Below, piece by piece: positions 1-8,089 of a DNA stretch of 31,218 nt. The number at the start of each line of letters is the position of its first letter. Within the stretch, counting starts at the first letter, position 1. The stretch is from an uncultured Spongiibacteraceae bacterium (GTDB lineage Bacteria; Pseudomonadota; Gammaproteobacteria; Pseudomonadales; DT-91). Below the pieces are notes generated by a model. That model was not told the DNA's origin. It was given only the letters and a program-made list of their open reading frames with translations, and did not search any database. Where the stretch lies: assembly GCA_964568295.1 (NCBI GenBank), contig CAZMQC010000002.1, forward strand, positions 1-31,218. Reading direction: 5' to 3'. Made by a program: the position numbers and the translations under genes.

Positions 1-221
1 ACCAACTTAATTACTTCAATCAGCTTATTTAACTGTTTGGTGATTTGCTCAATTTCACGCGCATCGCCATTAGTTGTCAAAGTAAGACGCGAAATGGTTT
101 TATCTTCGGTTGGCGCAACCGTCAACGTTTCAATGTTATAACCGCGTTGTGAAAACAACCCAACCACGCGCGACAATGCACCTGGTTCATTTTCCATTAA
201 AACGGAAATAATATGACGCAT
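1..221 (-). CDS. ilvH: Acetolactate synthase small regulatory subunit, 5' part (runs off the left edge)
   Basis: Not in the ORF track. Hand translation from ATG at 221 (sharing its A with the ilvI TAA) gives [73 protein letters not shown], the ACT-domain N-terminus typical of IlvH. Confidence 0.95.
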   Translation of the reverse strand, partial: MRHIISVLMENEPGALSRVVGLFSQRGYNIETLTVAPTEDKTISRLTLTTNGDAREIEQITKQLNKLIEVIKL

Positions 222-1969
222 TATGTTCTCTCCGTTTTGCTTAGCCACATATCTTGCATAGAGCCATTAGGCGCTATCAACATGGGATAAACATGCTCAT
301 GTCTATCGACATAAATATCTAAAAACACCAATCGATCTTTCATCGCCATCGCTTCGCGAATCGCAGGTTCAAGGTCAGCAAACTTCTCTACCTTAATGCC
401 CACATGCCCATACGCTTCCGCCAACTTAATAAAGTCAGGTAATGAGTTTTCATAAACGCTTTGCGCATAACGGCTTTCGTACTGCATGTCTTGCCACTGC
501 TTAACCATGCCCAAATAGCCGTTATTTAAGTTAAGGATTTTGACTGGTAAATTGTATTGGGTACAGGTTGAAAGCTCCTGAATATTCATCTGAATACTGC
601 CTTCGCCCGTGATGGTACAAACGTCTGCATCGGGAAAAGCCAGCTTAACGCCCATTGCTGCAGGCAAACCAAAGCCCATAGTGCCTAAGCCACCGGAATT
701 AATCCAACGGCGCGGCTTATTAAAGCGATAGTATTGCGCGGCAAACATCTGATGCTGACCAACGTCCGAACAAACGTAGGCTTCACCGTTGGTTACTTTA
801 TGCAGAATATCAATTACTTGTTGTGGTTTAATTTTGCCAGAATCTAATTCATAGCGTGGTTTAACCCATAAACCATGCGCATCGCGCCAGCGGTTAATCT
901 GATCCCACCAAGCATTGATTGCTTGTTCATCCTGAGCAAATTCTTTTTTCTCTTTTGCTTCATCAAACTGCGCAATCATTTCCTCCAAAACAGCAAGAAC
1001 TGGCCCAACAATCGGCACATCAGCAGTAATGGTTTTCGAAATAGAAGCAGGGTCGATATCCACATGAATAATTTTTGCGTGAGGACAGAATTTGCTCGGT
1101 GTATTGGTCACGCGGTCGTCAAAACGAGCGCCCAACGCCAAAATCACATCAGCATGGTGCATAGTCATGTTGGCTTCGTAATGCCCGTGCATACCCAACA
1201 TACCAATATACTGTTTATCACTACCCGGAAACGCGCCCAAGCCCATTAAAGTATTGGTCACTGGCGCGTTTAAGCGTCGTGCAAACGCGGTAAGTTGCTC
1301 AGAAGCATCGCCTTGCACCACGCCACCGCCTGCATAGATAACCGGTTTCTTCGCTTCAAATAATAACTGAATGGCTTTTTTAATTTGCCCAGAATGCCCA
1401 CGCGCCGCAGGCGTATAAGAGCGCAACTTCACTTCGGCTGGATAGCTATAAGGGAATTTAGCATTGGGCTGAGTAATGTCTTTCGGCAAATCAACAACCA
1501 CAGGGCCAGGACGACCACTTTTGGCTAAATAAAATGCCTTTTTCAAAGTAACAGGAATATCTTCTGCGCGCTTGACCTGAAAGCTATGTTTTACAATCGG
1601 ACGCGAAATACCAATCATATCGGTTTCTTGGAATGCATCTTCACCAATTAGATGGCTCGCCACTTGCCCTGACAAAACCACCATCGGAATGGAGTCCATG
1701 TATGCTGTAGCGATCCCAGTGACCGCATTAGTTGCGCCAGGTCCAGAAGTAACCAAGACCACGCCGACATTACCCGTTGCGCGTGCGTACGCATCTGCCG
1801 CATGAGCCGCTGCCTGCTCATGTCTCACTAAAATATGAGGAATATCACTGGTGCGCTCTAGTGCATCATAAATATGCAAAACCGCGCCGCCTGGATAACC
1901 AAAAATAAACTCTACGCCTTCATCTTTAAGGGCGCGTGCGATCATTTCGCCGCCCGATAACAACTCCAC
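221..1969 (-). CDS. ilvI: Acetolactate synthase large catalytic subunit (AHAS III type)
   Basis: 582 aa; [31 protein letters not shown] and [12 protein letters not shown] motifs plus ThDP-binding GEGS...LNN; GTG start with GAGGTG SD; directly followed by ilvH. Confidence 0.96.
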   Translation of the reverse strand: MELLSGGEMIARALKDEGVEFIFGYPGGAVLHIYDALERTSDIPHILVRHEQAAAHAADAYARATGNVGVVLVTSGPGATNAVTGIATAYMDSIPMVVLSGQVASHLIGEDAFQETDMIGISRPIVKHSFQVKRAEDIPVTLKKAFYLAKSGRPGPVVVDLPKDITQPNAKFPYSYPAEVKLRSYTPAARGHSGQIKKAIQLLFEAKKPVIYAGGGVVQGDASEQLTAFARRLNAPVTNTLMGLGAFPGSDKQYIGMLGMHGHYEANMTMHHADVILALGARFDDRVTNTPSKFCPHAKIIHVDIDPASISKTITADVPIVGPVLAVLEEMIAQFDEAKEKKEFAQDEQAINAWWDQINRWRDAHGLWVKPRYELDSGKIKPQQVIDILHKVTNGEAYVCSDVGQHQMFAAQYYRFNKPRRWINSGGLGTMGFGLPAAMGVKLAFPDADVCTITGEGSIQMNIQELSTCTQYNLPVKILNLNNGYLGMVKQWQDMQYESRYAQSVYENSLPDFIKLAEAYGHVGIKVEKFADLEPAIREAMAMKDRLVFLDIYVDRHEHVYPMLIAPNGSMQDMWLSKTERT

Positions 1970-2131
1970 CGTTGCACCTCTATCAAATAGACCAAAATAA
2001 AGTCACTGCGCTTTCTGCGTTACCACTTAAACTGGGTAACAATGCGCCTTAATACGCACAGAAAACTAGAAACAATCGGCATTTATTTAATCTGCCAAGT
2101 AAAAATCGACAAATAAATAAAAGTGTGAAAG

Positions 2132-2140
2132 ATTATATCA
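2132..2140 (-). promoter_or_regulatory. Extended -10 promoter candidate for ilvIH (TG-A-TATAAT)
   Basis: Minus strand reads TGATATAAT, a perfect TGn-TATAAT about 160 nt upstream of ilvI; no good -35 at 17 bp. Confidence 0.5.
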
Positions 2141-2216
2141 CTAAAATGATTTTTTTCTGTGCAATTAGCGCTAGAATTAGCAATGAACTAAGGTTGATTG
2201 TTGGCATCTTATGCAT
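2133..2216 (-). CDS. Candidate Ile/Leu/Val-rich leader peptide upstream of ilvIH (MHKMPTINLSSLLILALIAQKKIILVI)
   Basis: Hand-translated 27-codon ORF (alternative ATG at 2207); 13 residues are I/L/V, with three CTA Leu codons; weak SD; AT-rich DNA could produce this by chance. Confidence 0.35.
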   Translation of the reverse strand: MHKMPTINLSSLLILALIAQKKIILVI

Positions 2217-2222
2217 TATTGT
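2194..2222 (+). promoter_or_regulatory. Sigma70 promoter candidate for the DUF4124 gene
   Basis: TTGATT-N17-TATTGT about 75 nt upstream of the ATG at 2298. Confidence 0.35.
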
Positions 2223-2297
2223 CAACCTATTGCTAAAAAGATGGATTCTTTCTCATTTAGTACCGATAACAAAATGTTTAAAACTAGAGCATAAAAC

Positions 2298-2756
2298 ATG
2301 AACAACATATACAAAACAACATTAAGTTTAGGTGCCGCCGCCCTACTACTTGCTGCTCAAGCTAGCTTCGCCAATGTCGTGTACAAATGGGTTGACGATA
2401 AAGGCCAGACACATTTTGGCCAACAACCATCTGAACAATATAAGAGCGAACGCGTACAAACCAACACTTCGCGCTCTTTTGGGCAAAATATGGATTATAG
2501 TGATGAAGCTTCAGAGCCTGCCGCTGCGGCCACCACAACGGATAGCGTAAACGAAACCGTCACCGAAGCGACAGAAGATGTAACCGAACAAGCAGCACGT
2601 GTTGAAAAAGATGCTTCTCTTTGCAAGAAAGCGCAAGAAAATAAAACGATGCTGTTACAGCATCCTATCATTCGCCGTAACGGTAAAGTAATGACGGTTG
2701 AAGAGAAAAATACCGAGCTGCAATATATCGAAGAAGTTATTCGCATTCATTGCTAG
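2298..2756 (+). CDS. Exported DUF4124-family protein
   Basis: Signal peptide (K, hydrophobic run, ASFA) followed by VYKWVDDKGQTHFGQQP, the DUF4124 signature; acidic Thr-rich linker; two Cys (LCKKAQEN and C-terminal HC). Confidence 0.8.
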   Translation: MNNIYKTTLSLGAAALLLAAQASFANVVYKWVDDKGQTHFGQQPSEQYKSERVQTNTSRSFGQNMDYSDEASEPAAAATTTDSVNETVTEATEDVTEQAARVEKDASLCKKAQENKTMLLQHPIIRRNGKVMTVEEKNTELQYIEEVIRIHC

Positions 2757-2806
2757 CAGCATAAACTTTTATGACAAGCAAAATTTTATCCACTTGAGCC
2801 AATATT

Positions 2807-3046
2807 TCAGGCTCCACTCATTAGGGCACCAGCCATAAAGCTCATAAAGAATAATATGAGGAGTAGAAATAAGAGCGAGCCATAAGGTGTCTTTGTTTTA
2901 CTCCTAACCTCATCAGCAGAAAACGTAAAAAACAAAGCCAGTAAGGTTGCCGTCGCCGTAGTAAAGTAATCACTTACAAGTGACGCTCCCAGTGCAGAAA
3001 TTACAAATACTATACAGCACAGCCAACGCGCAATATTCCAAACCAT
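2807..3046 (-). CDS. Hypothetical small inner-membrane protein (79 aa)
   Basis: Three hydrophobic segments with a basic loop (RSKTKTP); fills the gap between two convergent units; poor SD; no recognised family. Confidence 0.45.
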   Translation of the reverse strand: MVWNIARWLCCIVFVISALGASLVSDYFTTATATLLALFFTFSADEVRSKTKTPYGSLLFLLLILFFMSFMAGALMSGA

Positions 3047-3074
3047 TGCAATTTAGCTCAATTCATATAATTTT

Positions 3075-3103
3075 AAAAAAATACCCAGCTCAAGGCTGGG
3101 TAT
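3075..3103 (-). terminator. Intrinsic terminator of the DUF1329 gene
   Basis: 9-bp stem ATACCCAGC/GCTGGGTAT, 5-nt loop, followed on the minus strand by a T run; 20 nt past the stop codon. Confidence 0.88.
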
Positions 3104-3123
3104 CTCAACTCGATAGACGGGGA

Positions 3124-4506
3124 TTATTTACCCATCGCACGTAAGTTGTTTGGCGAGTAATAGTCTGCGCCCCTTGGTTTTTCCATGAAGTTCATCGGAG
3201 CTGTTTCGTTAACCAAACGGTTAGCAACATAAGCACCTGATTGCAAATCATGATATACCTGTGCACGTGCAACAAAACCTTCAACCGCATAGTCATATAC
3301 AGTATTCAGGATACCTACACGCCACAATTCACCACGACCATCATAGCTTTCTGTCAATACAATGTGCCAGCTATCTTCGTCAATGTAGAAACGACGTTTC
3401 GCATATACGTGACGCGCACCCTGTTTCAACTCAGCTTCAACCACCCATACGCGGTGTAACTCATAGCGCATGAACTCTGGGTTAACGTGGCCTTTAGTCA
3501 ACAATTTGGTGTATTTAATTTTAGGATCGTCGAACTTATAGCTGTGATAAGGAATATAAACTTCTTTTTTACCTACCAATTTCCAATCATAACGATCAAG
3601 CGCACCGTTGAAACCCAATGAGTCATCAACTGTTACCAATCCTCCTGGGCCATCTGGCGTATCATAACCTACAGTTGGAGCACGGCGCACGCGACGTGAA
3701 CCAGGGATATAAACCCATGCCATACGTTCGTTTTTCGCTTGGTCCAATGCTTCGTGAACAACGGTCATTTGGCCTTTTTGACGGTCAGGCTTATCAATCG
3801 AAACGTGCACATAAGCAGCGTTTGTACTGATTGCATCATCTACTTTACCCACAGGGTTGCTATCGTAAGCAAATGGGAACTCACCCACGAATGTTTGACG
3901 ACGCAAGTCATGGCTACCGTTATGGTGAACTGCCACGTCATCAATCGTACCCGTTAACACAGGCGTTGGGTGGATAATACGACCGTTCCAAATCGCTTCT
4001 GGGCCATTGGCTGGGAATGGGAATGGCGCGCCACCCGTATAGTTTTGCAAACCATCATTACCGTTTACTAACTCTGTATGAGTTGCGTTCCAAGCTGTTC
4101 TTTCTTCAATCAACTTGCTGTAACGACCGCTACGGTGCGTAGGGTAAACATTGATAGCGAACGTGTCAGGGTATTTTTTGAAAAGCGCTTTTTGCCCTTC
4201 GCTCAACTTAGCTGCATATTTATCAACATTATCTGCTTTAATCACAAACAATGGTTTTTCAGCAGCATAAGGATCAGGGTAAACATCACCGCTACCAGAG
4301 TATTTCAAGCCTGCTGGCAATCCGCGCATATCACCTGTCCACGCTGGAATACTGCCATCGGCATTACCTTTAACTTCTGCACCCATTGGGGTGAATTCAT
4401 CACCACCTAATTTAGCAGCTTGCTCCTCAGATACTTTTGCCAAAGCAAGACCACTCACCATTGAGCAGCTTAGCAAGGCTGAGGCGACAACCATCTTATA
4501 ATTCAT
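3124..4506 (-). CDS. DUF1329-family exported/periplasmic protein (outer-membrane lipoprotein-sorting-like)
   Basis: Signal peptide, then LTPMGA-like EFTPMGAE..GNADGSIPAWTG, PFP, WVYIPGSRRVRRAP, D..GFNGALDRYDWKLVGKKE and ELHRVWVVEA motifs; start moved from 4518 to ATG 4506, which has GGAG 6-7 nt upstream. Confidence 0.85.
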   Translation of the reverse strand: MNYKMVVASALLSCSMVSGLALAKVSEEQAAKLGGDEFTPMGAEVKGNADGSIPAWTGDMRGLPAGLKYSGSGDVYPDPYAAEKPLFVIKADNVDKYAAKLSEGQKALFKKYPDTFAINVYPTHRSGRYSKLIEERTAWNATHTELVNGNDGLQNYTGGAPFPFPANGPEAIWNGRIIHPTPVLTGTIDDVAVHHNGSHDLRRQTFVGEFPFAYDSNPVGKVDDAISTNAAYVHVSIDKPDRQKGQMTVVHEALDQAKNERMAWVYIPGSRRVRRAPTVGYDTPDGPGGLVTVDDSLGFNGALDRYDWKLVGKKEVYIPYHSYKFDDPKIKYTKLLTKGHVNPEFMRYELHRVWVVEAELKQGARHVYAKRRFYIDEDSWHIVLTESYDGRGELWRVGILNTVYDYAVEGFVARAQVYHDLQSGAYVANRLVNETAPMNFMEKPRGADYYSPNNLRAMGK

Positions 4507-4574
4507 ATCGGTCTCCACAGTGTTTATAAATCTTTAGTTTCTGGAGACGATTAATCCCCAAGCAAAGCGCGAAC

Positions 4575-4603
4575 ATGATAGCGGTATATCTTTTAAACGC
4601 CAA
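4575..4603 (-). promoter_or_regulatory. Sigma70 promoter candidate of the DUF1329 gene
   Basis: Minus strand TTGGCG-N17-TATCAT, giving a 5' UTR of about 60 nt. Confidence 0.55.
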
Positions 4604-4734
4604 GTAAATACAGCAACTTTCTTAGTCTTTTCTCCTCAAATTAAGTTCATAAAATAGCGCCGCCAATAAGTTAATTCCGCAAGTCTCTGTTTTTTCGATA
4701 TACTAACGCAGCAATCAATTTTTAATGATAAATC

Positions 4735-5706
4735 ATGAACCCAAGTCTTTATTATCAATCCGCACAAAGAACCTTGGATACCGAGGCTGCTGCGATTCTT
4801 TCTCTTAAAGCGCGTATCGATGAACAATTTGATCGCGCCTGCGAATTAGTTTTGGCTTGTAAAGGGCGCGTTATTGTCACAGGCATGGGAAAATCAGGGC
4901 ATATCGGCACCAAGATTGCCGCAACCTTAGCTAGTACAGGCACGCCAGCTTTCTTTGTTCACCCTGCCGAAGCCAGTCATGGCGACCTTGGCATGATTAC
5001 GCCCGATGATGTTGTGCTCGCCCTATCGAACTCTGGCAGCACCTCGGAAATCTTGACCATTATTCCGCTGATCAAACGCAAAGGTGCAAAATTAATTAGC
5101 ATTACTGGCAATAAACACTCTCCACTTGCACAAAGCTCAGAGGCGCATTTAGACGGTAGCGTTGAAAAAGAAGCTTGTCCGCATGGCTTAGCGCCAACGT
5201 CCAGCACCACCGTTTCACTGGTATTAGGCGATGCTTTGGCGATTGCGTTACTGGAAGCCAAAGGCTTTTCCGCAGAAGACTTTGCTTTTTCACATCCTGG
5301 CGGCGCATTGGGTCGTAAACTACTGTTGAAAGTAGCGGATATTATGAGCAAGGGCGAGGAAACCCCGATTGTTTCTAACCAAGTGTTAATTAAAGATGCC
5401 TTAATGGAAATTACCAGCAAGGGCTTGGGCATGACGACAATTGTGGACGATAACGGGCAACTGCAAGGTGTATTTACCGATGGCGATTTACGGCGCTATC
5501 TCGACCATGCTAACGATATTAAAACCACACCTGTAGCGCAAATCATGTCTCGCAACCCCAAAACTATTTCGGCTGACATTCTTGCGGCTGAGGCGCTGAA
5601 TATCATGGAAAAAAATCGGATTACCGCATTAATTGTCGCCGATACCCATCAGCGACCAATTGGCGTTTTGCATATGCATCATATTCTCAAGGCGGGCGTC
5701 GCATGA
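4735..5706 (+). CDS. kdsD: Arabinose-5-phosphate isomerase (KpsF/GutQ family, SIS + CBS domains)
   Basis: GMGKSGHIG, HPAEASHGDLG, LAPTSST, HPGGALG, FTDGDLRR; precedes kdsC-lptCAB. Confidence 0.95.
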   Translation: MNPSLYYQSAQRTLDTEAAAILSLKARIDEQFDRACELVLACKGRVIVTGMGKSGHIGTKIAATLASTGTPAFFVHPAEASHGDLGMITPDDVVLALSNSGSTSEILTIIPLIKRKGAKLISITGNKHSPLAQSSEAHLDGSVEKEACPHGLAPTSSTTVSLVLGDALAIALLEAKGFSAEDFAFSHPGGALGRKLLLKVADIMSKGEETPIVSNQVLIKDALMEITSKGLGMTTIVDDNGQLQGVFTDGDLRRYLDHANDIKTTPVAQIMSRNPKTISADILAAEALNIMEKNRITALIVADTHQRPIGVLHMHHILKAGVA

Positions 5707-6233
5707 TAACTCAAACTTTACTGGCAAAAGCGGCAAATATTCGTCTATTGGTTATGGATGTCGATGGCGTTTTAACTGATGGGCGCTTGTATTTTGGCAA
5801 TCAAAGCGAAGAACTTAAAGCTTTTAATATTCGCGATGGCTTAGGTATAAAATGGCTGCAAAATGCAGGTATCGCCACCGCAATCATCACGGGTAGAACG
5901 TCGCAGCTAGTCCTCAATCGTGCGCAAAACCTTGGCATACCGCACGTAATACAGGGGCGCGAGGACAAACGCATCGCCTTGGTTGAAATGTGCAAAACAT
6001 TAAATATCGAGCTTGGACAGGTTGCCTATATTGGCGACGACGTGCAAGATCTAAGCGCCATCACCAGCGCAGGGCTTGGCTGTACCGTTGCCAATGGTGA
6101 CCCGCTAGTCAAAAAACATGCCGATTGGCAAAGCGACTTTAATGGTGGCGCGGGCGCAGTCAGACAACTTGCCGAATTTATTTTGACTGCTCAAAACAAG
6201 CTTGATGCCCTTTATCAACAGTATCTGGTATGA
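5703..6233 (+). CDS. kdsC: KDO-8-phosphate phosphatase (HAD family)
   Basis: DVDGVLTDG, FNIRDGLG, IITGR, YIGDD motifs; 4-nt overlap with kdsD. Confidence 0.95.
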   Translation: MITQTLLAKAANIRLLVMDVDGVLTDGRLYFGNQSEELKAFNIRDGLGIKWLQNAGIATAIITGRTSQLVLNRAQNLGIPHVIQGREDKRIALVEMCKTLNIELGQVAYIGDDVQDLSAITSAGLGCTVANGDPLVKKHADWQSDFNGGAGAVRQLAEFILTAQNKLDALYQQYLV

Positions 6234-6805
6234 CACGCCAACTGCTTTTTTTACTCTGTGTAATCACGCTTGCTGTTCTTGCATGGCATCAAGGCTATTT
6301 CCAACCCATTACTTCGTCTATACAGACCATTGATGATGCAACTAACGATGAGAAAAAACTGATTGCCTCCATCGTTAATCTTAAACGACAGCAGTTCGAT
6401 GAGCACGGACAACCCGAAAGCTTGGTAACCACCGTCTTAGCAACACAATACAATGATCAAGATCATCTACTTTTTGCCAAGCAGCCCTCTTTTGCTTTTG
6501 GCAAAGATAAGCAAAAATGGCACGGACAGTCTGCTACCGCCATGATTGATACACAAGCAGAAACCAGTGCCTTACAAGGTAATGTGATTTTTTATCATGA
6601 CACTAACAATACGCGAGTACACACCAACCATCTCACGATTAATAACAACCAAAAAACCGCTTTTACCGATGATTCTGTTGAGTTACAAAATGAACAAAAT
6701 AAAACCACCGCAAAAGGTATGTCCGTTGACTTACAAAAACAAACCATCGTTCTTAAACAAAATGTTCATAGCACTTTCAAGCTTGGTGCTAATACTCGCG
6801 AATAG
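6230..6805 (+). CDS. lptC: LPS export ABC transporter periplasmic protein LptC
   Basis: N-terminal TM anchor, beta-rich body (LQGNVIF, TNHLTI, TAKGMSVDL); conserved position between kdsC and lptA. Confidence 0.82.
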   Translation: MTRQLLFLLCVITLAVLAWHQGYFQPITSSIQTIDDATNDEKKLIASIVNLKRQQFDEHGQPESLVTTVLATQYNDQDHLLFAKQPSFAFGKDKQKWHGQSATAMIDTQAETSALQGNVIFYHDTNNTRVHTNHLTINNNQKTAFTDDSVELQNEQNKTTAKGMSVDLQKQTIVLKQNVHSTFKLGANTRE

Positions 6806-7268
6806 CAGCTACGCTCTGAACAATGATAAAGATCAGGTCACCGAAATTTTTGCCGACTCTGCTTCGCATAATAATTTAACAGGACAATCTGTTTATTCTG
6901 GCAATGTAGTCATTCAACAAGGCAGCATTTTGCTTGAGGCGCACGAAGTGGCTCTCAATCGCGAACTTGCCTCAATCAATGCCAAAGGCTCTCCCGCTCA
7001 CTTTCAGCAAACTATTGAGCAAGATAAGTCGCCTGTGAAAGCAAGCGCTAACAATATTGTTTATATGCAAAAAAACGGACAAATTGAATTGCTAGGCAAC
7101 GCCAACATCCATCACGGCGATGCTCGCATCAGTGGCGAACGCATTGTGTATAACGTTAATTCACAAACACTGGATGCAACCAACTCAAGCGCATCTCCGA
7201 CTGAAAAACCCAGTCGTGTACACGTTATCCTTCCGCCACAAAATAGCTTGGATGAGGCCAAACCGTAA
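6762..7268 (+). CDS. lptA: LPS transport periplasmic protein LptA
   Basis: Start reassigned from 6597 to ATG 6762, which gives a signal peptide ([18 protein letters not shown]); [27 protein letters not shown] and RVHVILPP motifs. Confidence 0.87.
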   Translation: MFIALSSLVLILANSSYALNNDKDQVTEIFADSASHNNLTGQSVYSGNVVIQQGSILLEAHEVALNRELASINAKGSPAHFQQTIEQDKSPVKASANNIVYMQKNGQIELLGNANIHHGDARISGERIVYNVNSQTLDATNSSASPTEKPSRVHVILPPQNSLDEAKP

Positions 7269-7990
7269 TGAGCATATTGAAAGCTAGCAATTTGGCCAAA
7301 AGTTATAAAAAACGCCAAGTCGTTAAAGATGTTTCGCTTGAAATACACAGCGGCCAAATTGTTGGCTTACTCGGCCCTAATGGCGCAGGTAAAACCACCT
7401 GTTTTTATATGATTGTTGGTATTGTGCCGGCTGACCGCGGCAAAATCAGCATTGACGATCAAGATATAACCTCACTCGCCATTCATGGCAGAGCACGTAA
7501 AGGCATCGGTTATCTGCCGCAGGAAGCCTCGATATTTCGCAAGTTATCGGTGGAAGACAATATCCTTGCTATGTTAGAAACAACCGCGCTCAATCGCGCA
7601 CAGCGCCAGGCCCGACTAGAAGAACTATTGCAAGAATTCAATATCACCCACATCCGCAAGAGCTTAGGCATGGCGCTCTCTGGCGGGGAACGTCGCCGTG
7701 TAGAAATCGCTCGTGCGCTATCGGTTGATCCTGCGTTCATCTTACTCGATGAACCGTTTGCTGGCGTTGACCCCATTTCGATCGGCGATATTAAAGCCAT
7801 TATTCTGCACTTACAGAGCAAAAATATCGGTGTATTAATTACCGACCACAATGTTAGAGAAACCCTCGATATTTGCGAACGCGCTTATATTGTAGGGGAA
7901 GGTCATATTATTGCTGAAGGTGACGCAGAAACCGTGCTTAACAATCAAAAAGTTAAGGATATTTACCTAGGCAGCCAATTCAGACTGTAG
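7268..7990 (+). CDS. lptB: LPS export ABC transporter ATP-binding protein
   Basis: GPNGAGKTT Walker [49 protein letters not shown]. Confidence 0.98.
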   Translation: MSILKASNLAKSYKKRQVVKDVSLEIHSGQIVGLLGPNGAGKTTCFYMIVGIVPADRGKISIDDQDITSLAIHGRARKGIGYLPQEASIFRKLSVEDNILAMLETTALNRAQRQARLEELLQEFNITHIRKSLGMALSGGERRRVEIARALSVDPAFILLDEPFAGVDPISIGDIKAIILHLQSKNIGVLITDHNVRETLDICERAYIVGEGHIIAEGDAETVLNNQKVKDIYLGSQFRL

Positions 7991-7997
7991 CTCTACA

Positions 7998-8014
7998 TGC
8001 AATAAATTTGCCAA
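7998..8014 (-). promoter_or_regulatory. Sigma54 -24/-12 site in reverse orientation upstream of rpoN
   Basis: Minus strand TTGGCAAATTTATTGCA = TGGCA-N6-TTGCA with exact GG-N10-GC spacing. Confidence 0.55.
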
Positions 8015-8019
8015 GATTG

Positions 8020-8048
8020 TTGCTGCAAACTGCTAAGCTCGCTAGACT
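8020..8048 (+). promoter_or_regulatory. Internal sigma70 promoter candidate for rpoN
   Basis: TTGCTG-N17-TAGACT in the lptB-rpoN spacer. Confidence 0.5.
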
Positions 8049-8089
8049 GAGAGCAACAACCGTCGTAGCTCAGTGTAGATTTATCCTTT

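Noticed and set aside
2020-2082. Second uORF MPIVSSFLCVLRRIVTQFKW upstream of ilvI
   Set aside because: Only 7 of 20 residues are I/L/V, not clustered, and there is no SD. Kept only as context for the switch region.
4507-4518. ORF-track GTG start of the DUF1329 gene at 4518
   Set aside because: That GTG overlaps the GGAG SD of the downstream ATG at 4506, which yields a proper signal peptide.
4675-4704. TTCCGC-N18-TATACT possible kdsD promoter
   Set aside because: Good -10 but weak -35 and long spacer; too uncertain to list as a feature.
6597-6761. 55-aa N-terminal extension of LptA in the ORF track
   Set aside because: It lies inside lptC in another frame; the signal peptide begins at ATG 6762.
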